Below, piece after piece: positions 25,602-39,021 of a stretch of DNA of 64,000 nt (its first letter is position 1; each line of letters starts with the position of its first letter). Made by a program: the position numbers and the translations under genes. Source of the DNA: Mytilus californianus. Lineage: Eukaryota. Where the stretch lies: NCBI RefSeq assembly GCF_021869535.1, contig NW_026262626.1:5518001-5582000 (forward strand). Direction: 5' to 3'. The notes under the pieces were generated by a model, which did not search any database, was not told where the DNA came from, and saw only the letters and a program-made list of their open reading frames with translations.

Positions 25602-26070
25602 CTGAGAGATAGATGTTGTAGCGACACATATATCAGATTTTATCATGACGGTTACTAGAGACTATGTTTGGTTTATAATTGGCAATGTATATCAATTACA
25701 AGCTCTGGAAAAAGCAAATTTACATCTATTTTTGTTGATTGGGATGTTTTTTGTCTCTTTCAAACGCGTTTTCAGTCCTGAGTGCTTGTAATTAGTCAGT
25801 TCTTCGTGAGTAGTCGGTTTTTGGGGAAGGAAGTTTTCCAACCAATCTCACTTTCAGATTTAAAACATATTATTTCCCTTCCTCCTAAACACAGGAACTT
25901 GTTGACTTGATTGCCCTTCACTTCTCTTGTTTTTTTTTAATTAATTTCTTTTCCGGCACTTTTGTTAAATGGTCTGTTAAAAATAAACGTTCAACAATTG
26001 TCCATGTTCCAATATTGATAGTAGAGATTGATACATGCTCCTTTGAAAAATAGAATAATTGATTATTCCT

Positions 26071-26217
26071 CCTCTCTTGGTATTTGATTTTTTTGCTTCT
26101 CTCTTGGTGTTTGATTTTTTGCTTCTCTCTTGGTGTTTGATTTTTTTGCTTCTCTCGCGGTATTTGATTTTTTTGCTTCTCTATTGGTATTTGATTTCTT
26201 TTGCTTCTCTCGCGGTA
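26071..26217. repeat. ~27-bp minisatellite, 5-6 copies
   Basis: Repeated CTCTC(TT/GC)GGT(A/G)TTTGATTTTTTTGCTT. Confidence 0.8.
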
Positions 26218-26729
26218 CTTTTATGAAACTATTTTTTTTGCGTTTATCATTAATTTAAAAGATCATTTAATAAAAGCGACGAAAAAGAAAATCAATAAAA
26301 AAAAGGGGGAGGGCAAACCAATTAAGTCAACAAGTACTTGTGGTAAGAAGCTGACTGGTTTCAGCCAGAAACTTATATTTGTATATTGTAACAAGGGGAT
26401 GGCTGTTAGACTAATTTTAAATCTTCAAAGTGTTCTAATAATTAATAATTCAAATCCCACCGCGTGAGGAAGGAAAGTCGTTTAACTTGTGGTGACCTAC
26501 ATAACAGACAACCGATCCTTCAAGTTGAGGGTCCTGTTTGATTTTCCGATCGATAATTGACGTCATCCGTTATTGGTATGCGATGGTTATTCATATTCAT
26601 ATGATAAGCTCATGTGACCTTCATAAAATACTTAAATAGCTATGTATATCTCTTCCGTCTTCACAAGCTTTTGTAGTTTTCAGAAAATATCAGTTCAATA
26701 TTTTCATCCTGTAATCCATAAGATCGACG

Positions 26730-28344
26730 ATGGATGTTACATATAGGAGTACCAAACTGTTAGTGGTTATCTGCTTTGCAGTATTAAATTCTAAACCTGG
26801 AATTGGTAGGTCATATTTAAACAGATTCAAAATTTCGAATGATTGTGCAAGACGCTATTTTTTTTTGTTACTGGCTAAAAGTTCCTTTGATTACTTCCTT
26901 ATTTGAAATTTATCGTTGTGAATTTACAATATCAATTTTAAACTATTTGTAAACATGAAATACTACCATACGCTTAACCTGTTAACAATATAATATATCA
27001 ACTTAGTTAAAGCAGATTTTGTATGCGGTTAAAACGGTGTATTTCCAACATGAATACCATGGGAATGAATATAGATCCTAAACAAATTAATAATATTATA
27101 TACCAATTCTCTTAAAATTCAGTTGATAAATCTTTTTGAAATTTGATCAATTCTGGTTCTTTTAAGATAATTTTATTTGACTTTTAACAGTAAAATTAAA
27201 AATAGCATCATATTCATAGATGGTAGTCTTTTTTAATAGAGCTTGGATAAATCAAAATTATGGGAAAATAAGTGTCCTTGTTTTTTAAATACAAGTTTAA
27301 AAAACTAAAATTTCCGGAGGAAAAGGGAAGTCGTTGATTTATCATATAAAAATAAATGAAACAAAGATAAATAAATAAGTGTTTATATGTAAGAAAAGTA
27401 TATTCGGAATAACAAAAATGTGGAAATATTTAGTAAAAGTGCTTTGATGCTTTTTTTTATTACATTGAGAAATGCAGAGATTACAAATTTTTTAATGCAT
27501 TGACTAGAAAAAACCTAGAGTAATAAACTACCTGTGTTAAAGAAGGGGGAAATGACACAGCGACTACGCTTAAGAGTTAAGTGTTTTGTCTTATAGTTTT
27601 TCGGTTTACCAATCAGTTGAGATTACAATTAGTTATTTTTCGTATCTTTCAGCATTGAAACATGTCAATGACATTGCAGCAGCAACTGTCCTTCAGACAA
27701 CAACCGACCAAAACACGTCAGATAGTTCTGTAACGACTACAAGAGACTCAAACATTACCGATCAGACAACGGAACTCTCAAATGTTACCATTCAAACAAC
27801 GATAACTCCAAATATTACGAAAGAACCAACAACGGAAAATTCTAACATTACTATGGAGCCAACAACTCAAAATTCAAATATTACCATGGAACCCATAACT
27901 AAGGCCTCAAACGTGACAGTAGAACCAACAACGAAAAACCCAAATGTTACAGTAGAACCAACAACCAAAAACCCAAATGTTACAGTAGAACCAACAACTA
28001 AACACCCCAATGTTACAGTAGAACCAACAACAAAAAACCCTAATGTTACAATAGAACCGACAACTAAACACCATAATGTTACAGTAGAACCAACAACAAA
28101 AAACCCTAATATTACAATAGAACCGACAACTCACCAAAGAAATACGTCTACACCAATGTCAACTCCAAAAACGAAACCACATTCAACAACACATGCAATG
28201 CCGGCCACCACAAAGAAGTATAAATTCAATGGTGCAAGTTTTGGAGGAGGAATTGCTTTGGGAGTGGGAGTATCAGTTGTTATAATACTGATTGTTTACT
28301 TTTTGAAATGCAGAAAAAGTGATGCGGGATACGACAGAATGTGA
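26730..28344 (+). CDS. Mucin-like type I membrane glycoprotein A (CD164/porimin-like); 2 exons, 255 aa
   Basis: Exon 1 26730-26805 (MDVTYRSTKLLVVICFAVLNSKPGI, donor G|GTAGGT); exon 2 27653-28344 (acceptor TATCTTTCAG|); phase-1 junction, 768 nt in frame. Thr-rich stalk, KFNGASFGGGIALGV TM segment, tail KCRKSDAGYDRM*. Confidence 0.85.
27811..28140 (+). repeat. Coding 33-bp (11-aa) tandem repeat x10 in mucin A
   Basis: Units NITKEPTTENS, NITMEPTTQNS, NITMEPITKAS, NVTVEPTTKNP (several), NVTIEPTTKHH, NITIEPTTHQR. Confidence 0.9.
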
Positions 28345-28749
28345 AGCTAACAATATTTGCTTATAATTATAATTTTGGTAATCTCATTTTCTTAATACTG
28401 ATTTTATATATAAGACCATTCTAGTGAATCATTATGTCATTGTCCTGCTATGAATTCCAATTACCATTTGGGGAAAAAAGGAATTCATTATACAAAATCC
28501 CTTAAGCCAACTGACAAAACTCAAAGAAAAAGAACAGTGCTTTTATTTTTGTACTTTATATTAAAGTCAAAGTGAGACCTTCAACACAGGACTACAGTTC
28601 ACACCTCGATGGAAGTTCACGACGGATCAACAATTTCGGGAACACAAGTGAAATATTACTTTTACCAATGTATTTATTTTTATATGATTTACAATTTGTT
28701 TTTGTTATATAAAATATTACTTAAACAAAGTTTTGTTAGCTTTTTATCA

Positions 28750-29090
28750 ATAGTTGATTGATTGTTTTTTTTTACTCTCAGTGACAAATATTTCAGGACG
28801 AGAACAACTTAACAATAAATACAACAGGTATAGGTCCAACAATAGGGGATCGACTGACATATTGGGCGGGAAATAATACTGCCACTGGAAAATGATAGGG
28901 ACAGAACCTTAGTCTTGAAACAGGCCACTTACGGACCACCAAGAATTTGCAAGGGTTCTTAACGTGCAGACAGCGTGGCACTTTCTCTACACAAGGCTTC
29001 AGATTTAACGTCCCCATTCTGAACGGACGTTGCTGCGAATTTATACACCACGCAAACCTCAACGAACGCCCACATTTTGCAAGGGTTTTA
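28750..29090 (-). mobile_element. SINE-like dispersed repeat (reverse orientation)
   Basis: TGAT-type tail and a CAGTG(A/G)CAAATATTT...GGACG...AGAACAA block shared with 33550-33845; both carry ACGTCCCCATTC. Confidence 0.45.
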
Positions 29091-29373
29091 CTGCCTGTCG
29101 GAAGAAGACCAATGATGACCCTATTTCTATACACCAGCCATCCTTGTGATTTTTTTATCATTAGTTATGCATTACTATTTTTGTATCATTTTTATTTTTG
29201 TATCATTTTTTATAAAACGGACACCAATCCTAAATCATACTCATATGATATGAAAACAAACTCGTTGATGCAACTTCCTGGTATGGGTATGACAAGGGGG
29301 TGCAACATCTTGGTCACTTCGCAAGGTATGCAATCTGTTTACGTTACCAGTTTTGCATTGTTTATAAATGTAA

Positions 29374-29676
29374 GGGAGCTACCATTTGATTTTTATGGGG
29401 GGAAGGCTAGGATGAAATTTAAAAAAATAGGCAGGACAGGAGTTTTGAGTAAAACAAAAGGCAGGATGAGACACTTTGCAAAAAAAAAAAAGGCAGGATG
29501 ACAATTTATGTAAAAATAAGTCAGGATAAACTAAAAAAAAAGTCAGGACCGAATAGAGTGAAAAATTAAAAGGCAGGACAGAGATTACGACTAAAAAAAA
29601 TACATACAAAATTTTTTATCCTTGCACCCCTCTCCCCCCCCCCCCCCCCCCCCATAAAAATCAAATGGCAGCTCCC
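29374..29676. mobile_element. PIF/Harbinger-like MITE, second copy
   Basis: TAA|GGGAGCTACCATTTGATTTTTATGGGG ... CCCCATAAAAATCAAATGGCAGCTCCC|TAA; the interior is the reverse orientation of 8125-8597. Confidence 0.85.
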
Positions 29677-32504
29677 TAAGAATGTTATTCTACCCTTTAC
29701 ATAGTTTTCCTTCGCAACGTTATCACCATTTGATTGTAATTCTTTGCTTTTTCGCTATAACTTTTGTCCGGTGATTTATCATGCAATTATATACTAGAAC
29801 TATAAGGACAGTTCATTCTAATTGTTTAAACGACCGGTTTTGGTCGAATACGTGATTACTTAGGTGTCCGTCGGTCTGTTGTCTGTCATTAATTTTTCAA
29901 AGAGAGTTCAACTCTGAAGCTAGTATACTGAAATCATTCAAACCAATCAGACGTCATGATTGATTCTCGCTATATAAAAATGTTCTGACTCTATTATTGC
30001 AGGCATGACTACAACTTCTAAAAATAAAATTGGGGTAAAATGCAAGTGTATAGTCTTATATCTTGAAAATTATAATAGATTGAGAAAATCCGACAGGTGC
30101 CTAAATGTTAAGAATGTCAAGATCTACCTGCTCTTCATTTATTCAAAAAAAATCAATGTGTATCTATAAAGGAGTTATTGCCCGTAAATGATGATATTTG
30201 TTTTACTAATTTTAGTAGTTTTGCTCATCAACGTGAAAACTACAGTAGATAGACAACGCTGAAAAAAAAATTTGATCATTACTATACGATCTACAAAAAT
30301 GTCAACATGACTGAATATACAAATTGAGCCCCAAAGAAGAGTTATTGTCCTTAAATGACTTATGGTTACACAATTTATCAGTTTCGCCTATTATATTAAA
30401 CACGTTTGGGTTATCTGACAGTGTGAATGGTGTATATGTCTATCGAGAAATTGAAGGAAGCAAAATTATGGAAAAGATGCAGACATTGAATATGGAATTA
30501 ATACATTTGTAAATCCCAACAAAAACAGAAGTGAAACTGTCCTAATTAGTTTCTGGGAAAATGTGTCTTTCAGATCATTTTATGACCTATACTATCAGTT
30601 CAAGTTTATATTGCGGGAAACGATGTGCTGTTTTTTTTTAAAGAATCCTATATATTTAGATTGAGCCATCATAACTATATCGAATATCTTTTTGATGAGG
30701 CCTGATTTATACATATTAAATTAATTTTGATACATAATAATAATTTTAGGTTAACAACAGGAAAACTTTTAATAGATTGCAATGCACAAAGTTCAAGCTC
30801 TTATAACTATTGGTGAATTACGGTGTCATAAAATCCTGCATACATCCATATAAGTGTGTCATTATTATGTTGAATACATGTAAGCATGGTGAAAATTTCG
30901 CTCTGCATAACATCGTATCGCTTTATTATATTGATTCAGTGGTATCAAAACTACATCATGTACAATACATTTCCCGGCAAAAATAAATTTAAACAGACAA
31001 CACATAAATCTATAACATTTTGCATTATCTCCGCCAACATTTATGTCAGCAGGTATATGGGCTTTTTCATTGCGCTTAACCATTTTATTAACTTTTTAAC
31101 CAATATATTTCTTTTGCTAGGCATCCAAATAAAATAATGGTTAAATTTGATACACTAGAAAACTGTTACCTGCAATATGATGCATGGTCCTTTGAAATGA
31201 TATTTATAACCAATTGTACTGCCTAATGAAGACAACTAAGTAAAAATGGTCATTCGTTTATATTTCTGTAAAAGGAATCAACTCACAAGTCGTAACAGAC
31301 TTCCAAAACTTTACATTGTTCATGCAACTTTTATCATTATCTGGTAAAATCAAAACTTGTGTTAATAGTAATCACTGCTCCATTTTAATACCACAAACTA
31401 ATGTGTGCAAGCCTATGTTCATAATCTATTTTTATATGCTGTGTTTTGCAGACTATTGTTTAATAGAAAAACAAAGGATATGGGTATCAATCCATGACGA
31501 CACAAAATCAGTACATGGACAGCAACAAAAAAAAACAATAAGCAAAGGAACAGTGCTTTTATTGCTGTTCTTCATCTCAAAGTCACAGTGAGGCCTTCAA
31601 CACGGAGGTCTCTTTTGCATCTTCCTTCTCTCTTTTATATCTTCCTGCATGTAACAACAATTCTCCACTACCTTTTCTATTACAAATTAAGCTAAATATC
31701 AAATTTCTTTTAATCAACACAACGTATCGGATTTGATCCTCCTCAAAATCATGAATAATTGGATTTAAAATTTAGAAATTAATTTTATAGCTGTAAAAAC
31801 CTTCCTTTATATAATGTATACAAGGCCTTTGAGTCTAGGCACAAAAACTGTTCAAAGATGGAATAAAAATGGGAAAAAAAAATACATTCTGCACTTTTAA
31901 GCTCACCTGACCCGAAGGGTTATGTGAGGTATTATCATCTCTTCTCTTTCATCTTCAATTTTCACATTTAAACATACTGTAAAACCACTTTGACCAATTG
32001 GAACCAACTTGTCAAGAATCTTCATTGGAAGATACTTACGAGTTTGAATTTTTTGTTTGGATCAGACATTCAAAATGGCAAACAGGACCAAAATGTTTGA
32101 GATTTTAAAGATCTTTTGAGTAAACACTTGGTTTATTAAATTGAGACATTACCGGAATGACCCAAAGACAGTCCTTTACTGATTTTGTGTTTTTGCTGTC
32201 AATCCATATCAAGATGGTCATCACCATGGTACAAAGTTCAACATACAACCTTACCAATAATACACACAGAAACCGTCGCACACATTTAAACCAAATCCAA
32301 CAATTACTATCCAAACTGATCTGTGTCCATACTTGTTACAATAATAAAATTTATTGTCAGAATGCGTTCTTTCTTGTTCGTATTTTTTTCTGTAAACTGT
32401 TTTAACTGTACGTAGTACTTGAAAACCTTGACAATGTAACAAGATGAATTTAAAGTGAAATAGAAGGAAATTATGCATCGTTTGTACTCCAAACTTGTAT
32501 ACTG

Positions 32505-33144
32505 AACAGATATATCATGTTATGGAGGAGTATTTGCGAAAAATACCAGTCAAGGGACGGTGAAATTTCCCAAGCCGGTAGGCTAGGGAAATTTGGTCCC
32601 AAGACTGGTATTTTTCGCAAATACCCCTCCATAACATGATATATCTGTTTAATTACACCGAATAGATTTTGATTGAAACTGTCTGTACATGTGAAGGGAA
32701 ATCGTATAGTACCGCGGGAATTATACATGTACTTATAAGTGTTAGTGCTGTCTTTTTGTGCATAACGTCATGGTATCTATATGTGTAAACGTCATTGTTA
32801 TTCCATCATTAATTCGTTCATTTGTATAGACATTTTTTCCCCCTCTTTATATATATATTTCTGACAGTTTACGGTTTAACTCAATCAATAGTGCTTAACC
32901 ATGTTATCGGGAAAAAGTGAGAAAGGTTCCGAATAATTTTGGCGGGAACAGGCTCGCGAGGGTAAAAAGGGAATATCCAAAATGGCAAATACCACGGCCG
33001 AGAGGGGAATTTGAGGCAAATTCACCGGCAGTGGTGAAAAAACAGGCAAATTCGTTTGAAATGAGGAAAAAATGTTAGAATATGCGAGAAATACACTGGC
33101 TAACAACCAATCAAAATCCGGCATTCTTATATAAGGTGTAATTA
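32505..33144. mobile_element. Unclassified foldback element: long hairpin plus a segment bounded by 10-bp inverted repeats
   Basis: 47-bp arms (1 mismatch) at 32505-32649 with further inner pairing; TAATTACACC at 32650 and GGTGTAATTA ending 33144. Confidence 0.55.
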
Positions 33145-33549
33145 TATTAAAAATAAGCTTGACTGTTGCGAATTAAAATGGTTTTCTTGCGAAATAAGAG
33201 TAAATCGACTTGATCGCTAGTAGTTTTACCAGACAAAGCCAGTTCTGCGCTCGTAATGGACCGATTCACGTAACAACAACAACAAAACACAAACACGATT
33301 CAGAAGATTACAACAGGAAACGATACCTATACTATGCAATACCCCGTTACTATACTTAGGAATTGACATTTGTTTGAACCGAGAACAGAGCTCTCACTCA
33401 CTTCATATGCATATTTTGTAAGAAGCGCTTTGAGCATCGACAACGAAACTTCGAGGTAGATAGTCCTACAATTGCTACAGTCATGAGCATGTCGATGTCT
33501 TATATGTAGTACAGCGGGAAAAAGTGAAAACATGGGGGCTTTTTGTATT

Positions 33550-33845
33550 TCATTGATTGATTATTGCTTTCTTGACGTCCAGTGGCAAATATTTTATGCA
33601 TGTTTAGGACGACGAGAACAAACCATCAATCAAAAGTACGTTTATCAGGATCCATGACTGGAAATTTGGGTTGCCAGAGGATAACGACGGTATGTAAGAT
33701 AGGAACAGAAATATTACCTTGCAGCAGGATACTTGCGGATCATCAAAGAGTTGTTGCAACAGTTTTTAACGTACTGAGAGGGTGGAACTCATCCTGCATG
33801 ATCCATCGGATTCTACGTCCCCATTCCGACTAGACGTGGCTTCAT
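33550..33845 (-). mobile_element. SINE-like dispersed repeat (reverse orientation)
   Basis: Shares tail and internal blocks with 28750-29090. Confidence 0.45.
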
Positions 33846-34690
33846 CATAAGAACATCCACATAACTAAACGGAAGCCTAGATTAAGTAAGGGTTTACTAA
33901 CGGATAGGAAAACTCATGGGGTGACAATATTTCTGTACACAGCCAACCCTTTAAAAAAATGCCAATTAAAGCCTTTAGTGAAGAAGTTTTAAGTTGGAAT
34001 TCCTGATTTTCTTACAAATGAACCCACTGCACAGAACATACGTACATCAAGTGATTTATTGTTCAATTTGTTCTCGTCCTGAATATGCGCAAATAATAGT
34101 TAATCAGTAATAATCGGTCACAGTTAAAAGTTTAAAAGCCCGGGAATTCATAAAGCAATTTTTTTTGGGGGGGGGGGGGGGGGGGGGGGGAGTAAAGCCT
34201 ACCTAGAACAAAACAAGCAAACATGAACATAAGTTTTAGAGAAAGGAACTTACTGGGAATTAGAAATGTGTCGCCTTTGAGTCATCTGATACTGAACATG
34301 TAAGTTCTTCCGATATTACAGAACAATAACATTTAGGCCATTTTCCGTTGGATGCAATCTCCATTATAATAATGATACGGAAGCTCTTAAAGTTCATGTA
34401 AGGATTTCGTTTCAAAAACTGTCTAGTCAACACTAATCACAGAATACATTAGTCACTTGCACGATATATTGTTCTTTCGTACATTAACTCGCTGATAGGA
34501 CATATTTCTCAATATCCAAATGCGTCTGATGATTACACACAATAAATGTGTAAATATGATTTTATCTTCATTATCTATTAAAATCACGAGATATTCTCTT
34601 CAAACTTTAACCTTACTAGTTACTGCAGTTGATATAAGTCGGATATTTAACACACTGGTAGAAGAATTTTGAGTCGAGAAAACTTACATT

Positions 34691-36377
34691 ATGATGAAAG
34701 TGTGTTTCGTAGTAGCCTTTTTTATTGTGTCTGGTTGTGTGGCACTTCCAACAAATGGTAAGATAAAAGACCACTGAAAATTTCAAACGAGTTATCATAC
34801 CCTTTTTTTCCCTCCCCCTTTATCCTTTAATCTTAAAACCTGCTACCCTTAATGTATTCCGATGTCATTGAGACATTATTCCTTTTAACTTTAACATTAT
34901 CTTTCTACTATTTGACGTTCGTAAAGTATATAAGCGTTATTTAATAAAAGGTCAAGAAGAAAATTAGGATGAATCGTATAAGAAAGGGAATGAAAGCCGA
35001 CTTTCTTTCTATTGAAAATCGGGCAATTACGTGTTACGAATTGTTTCACATTTGTTTTTATGTCGGGACCTTTTATAGCCGACTATACGGGTTTTTTTCT
35101 CATTTTTGAAGGCTGTACTGTTGCATTAAATTGCTTACACGCACTTCATTTGAACCTAAGTGGATAGATGTCTCATTGGCAATCATATCACATCTCTTTA
35201 CTTTTACATAATGTAGATATGACGCGTGCATCTGTGCTTTTAAATTTTCTACTTGTTATAGTACTTACGACCGCCAAAAAATTAATACATATAAAGTAGA
35301 GCCTCTGGAGGTTTCGTTCGTCCAATAAGTCAATGAATCTCGTTGAAGCAACATCAAATGAAAGATCTTGCGGTATGAAGAAGAAAAAGAATATCTTATT
35401 CAAAGCACAGGCATTTTTTTGAATGGAGTCCCCTTTTTCTATATTTTTTTTGTGTTTTAATTTTTCAAAGGTAAATATTCCTTAATATTTGAACTTATTT
35501 ACTCGTATTTAATATGTTCTTATTGTGATCCATACGATTTTACAATAACTTGTTTATTTATGATGCCTCTCTGTTCTTATTTTCACGGCTATTCTTATTT
35601 TCCATGTGGAAAATCAACCGTGAATAGAGTGGCATCATAAAACCTACTGTTATTGCAAAATCGTACGAATAACAGCCATAACAAATCAAATAAGTAAAAT
35701 TAAGCTAAAATATGTAAAAGGAATAATTACTCGTGATTTGCATTTTACAAATTATGTATGCATATGTTGCAGGGTAAATCGACGGTAGGTTGCCATTGGA
35801 CATTATCTTATACATTTACTCTAATCTTTCAGGAGCGCCAAATCCATCTTCTGCCGATATGACCAAAAAAGCAACGGTAGTGTCGTCTCAAACTAACGAT
35901 ATGACAACAGTAGTAACAACAGAACCACAACAGACAACAAAACCACAACAGATGACAACAAATAGTCAAACTACAGTCAACCCCGTCACCTCAATGTCAA
36001 TGACAACAGAGTCAATGATGACAAATAATACTATGCCACCTAGCTCAGAAACCACTGCCAGTCAAATGTCTACACAATCCTCTAACACTTCTACTGTTAC
36101 AATGATGACAGACGAACCATCAAACATGACGTCTGCTGGACCAATGACAACGATGCCGGCTGCTGTGACCACAGCGGGAAAGGTGACGGCGCACCATCCA
36201 ACAACACATACACCGAAACCAACCACACAAAAACCAGAGACAACAACCAAAAAATCTAAATTTCAAGGAGGAACGTTTGTCGGAGGAATGTTTTTGGGAA
36301 TAGCACTGGCGTGCATTATAACAGCTATTGTATACTTTCTTAAATGTAAAAATCAAAGCTATGGGAAAGTCAATTAA
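34691..36377 (+). CDS. Mucin-like type I membrane glycoprotein B (CD164/porimin-like); 2 exons, 203 aa
   Basis: Exon 1 34691-34757 (MMKVCFVVAFFIVSGCVALPTN, donor G|GTAAGA); exon 2 35833-36377 (acceptor AATCTTTCAG|); phase 1, 612 nt. Thr/Met-rich stalk, KFQGGTFVGGMFLG TM segment, tail KCKNQSYGKVN*. Confidence 0.87.
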
Positions 36378-36750
36378 AATCCAACAAGTTTATTCATCTT
36401 ATAGATGTTATACCGAATTTCTAGTCATGAATATAGGATTAAGAATAATTTAAAATATATTTTGAAGTACGAATATTTGTTTAAGATGGCACAGTAGATC
36501 TGTAACCATAATGAACATATCTTTTGACTTTGTCGTTGATCGACGTAGTTGTACAAAATTGCTTATAATGTGTATTCGTGGTGTTAGTGTTGTTTATGAT
36601 ATAAGATGCATTAAATTAAAATGGTTTCAAAATAATTATCTCGCCTAAATATTTTTTGTGCATGTCTTGTTCAGTTATTTTTCAAAGGATAAAAAATACC
36701 CTTATGTAGTGAAGAGCCATCAAAGGCATCAGGCAGGCTATTTATTATGT

Positions 36751-36792
36751 ACGCCAGACACGTTTTGATTACTCAAGACTCATCAGTGACGC
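36751..36792 (-). ncRNA. Degenerate type I hammerhead ribozyme motif in a dispersed repeat
   Basis: Minus strand GCGTCA-CUGAUGA-GUC-UUGAGUA-AUC-AAAA-CGUGUC-UGGCGU. Stem I pairs, but GAAA and stem II are mutated. Confidence 0.55.
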
Positions 36793-39021
36793 TCGGACGG
36801 CCAAATGACTTATTAAATTGAAGAGTGTCTAAAACCGAAAATGAAAGAAAAAATTGTACCAAAATCTGAATCGGATCATCTATGCCTGGTGGTTGAAAAA
36901 CCTTAGTTGTGCCAGAAGTCGACCTTTTTCGTTTCTCTGTCAGTCTATAAGATAAACTTCGTTTCTCTGTCAGTCTATAAGATAATCTAAATACGTTGAT
37001 TTCATAAACATGATATAAGTAAATGCACAGAAAACAAATAACACACAAAAACCTAAAGTTTACTTTGCCAATTGACATAAAAACATGAACAATTGGTGAC
37101 CGATCTAATTGAGCACATATTCAATTTATATTGTCATATAGCAAAATATATTCACCTGAGTATATGAAAAAATATAATGAAACATGGACATAATCAATCA
37201 TACCACATTGTATATACATTTACAGGCGCTAATTTCTGTTCAATTTAAAATTAAAAAAAAGACACAGAAGCTCCATGGGTGCATACCTAAGTTGAGATCT
37301 TCGTGGATTTGTAGCAGACAAAAGAGATTTTTGTGTCGAGTACATTAAAGACTGTAGAGTTTGCTGACAATTTACGTCCAAGTGGGAAAATGCCCAAATG
37401 TCAGTCTTTTAACTGTTGCTGGTACCTTGACCTTTGACCTAAACATCAAATCGGGTCTATTCGTTCCAGGTTTGATATTGAAAGATACAGTTATAATTTA
37501 TCGCTCAGAAGATATTGTCCCGAAACAAAACATTTCCCAAACATATAGGATATGTTACCTTCACTGACTAAACTGTTTATAGAGTTTACTTCTATCCAAA
37601 TGGCCGTCTCCCGCTAAACTTGGTGAAGGTTGGACAAATCATTCCAGAAATAAATTGCTTTCAATATAACACCCTATGGGACATTATCGAACCAAGTTTG
37701 GTAATAGTTAGATATATATTTCAAAAGCTAGATGACACCTGGAAATCAAAATTTTGCCAAAATTTAAGTCTTTGAATAGCTGATGTGACTTTGGCTTTTA
37801 ACCTATTGACCATTAAAGTTTGTAAAGATAAACACCCCGGCTTGTTCATTGGTATTCAGTCGATAGTTTTCGCATTGTCTGTCCAACCACGTCTTCTTCT
37901 CAGTCGGGAATCTACGAAGTCGAACTAGGTTTAAATATCATGGGCCATTATATAACCAAGTTGGACGCCTGGTTCAAAAATAACATCAAGAAACCAAACT
38001 ATTGACTGAATTTAAGTCCATTAATAACAGCTGTGACCTTGACCTTTCAGCTTATGACACAAAAATCAATAACGGTCATCCTCTTTTCACTGGGCAACTG
38101 CATGCCAACTTTTGTAAAGCTATTTTCGGTGGTTCAAAGATTTCGTCCGGAAATCGATATGTTGACGGCAGACATCCGGACAGCATTCATCATAAGCCGA
38201 GATCGACTTCGTGGATGCCCGGCCGATAAGGATATGTTGTATGACAACAAATGAGCAACTATCCAGTAAAGCCCAAGGGACACGGATATTTAATTTTACG
38301 TACTTTAGATTACGGCACGTATCTTCAACAATGGGCAAAACGTAGACATTCCAATAAAAAAAAATGTATTCTACTTTTTTATCGATGTGCGTTTCACGTT
38401 TTGATGTAAATTTTGAGAGTTTTCCTATGCTGCTCGCAAAGAAAAGCATCTTCTGGATAAATGGTATATCATGTTTAAAAATTCATTTAAGTTTTATTAA
38501 GACATATTGAGGCGGGTTGAGGCGATGAAAATTAGATGTGCTATTCTCGTCCGTTTTAGTTGTTTAAAGTGATATTCGTCAGACAAAGCGGAATAACTCA
38601 GATGTATTTTTTTTAAACGCCGTATGTGTTTTACTACTATATATGGCGGCTGTTCTCGTTGTTACAGGGAAATAATGAAACCAAAAAAATAATAAAATTT
38701 GGATGCTTTCATGATATTCAAAATCTGTATAAAGAAACAGAATGATAAAAAAATAATCACTATGTATTTTTGATGCAGAATGCTGTTTATTAATACCATT
38801 TAGCTATTTCTTTTTGGACGTTTGAAAATTTCGTTGGAATGCCCACAAAATTAATACATTTTGCAACGTACCAATTAAGATACAGCCAGTTATTTCTTTA
38901 TTGTTTTTGTTGTGGTTGCTTTCTTTTGAACGAGTAAGTTGCTGGTGTTTTGTGATTTATATGTATTCAATATGTGTAGTTATTTCTTTTTGTTTTTTTT
39001 TCAGTAAGATAGAAAATTAAT

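Noticed and set aside
27907-28137. Cys/Trp/Phe-rich repeat ORF (FYCNIRVFCCW)n on the minus strand
   Set aside because: Antisense shadow of the mucin A 33-bp repeat; the plus strand has the signal peptide, TM and tail.
33327-33533. 68-aa minus-strand ORF upstream of mucin B
   Set aside because: No recognisable motif or splice partners; the length is within chance expectation.
36062-36356. Two minus-strand ORFs
   Set aside because: Antisense shadows of mucin B exon 2.
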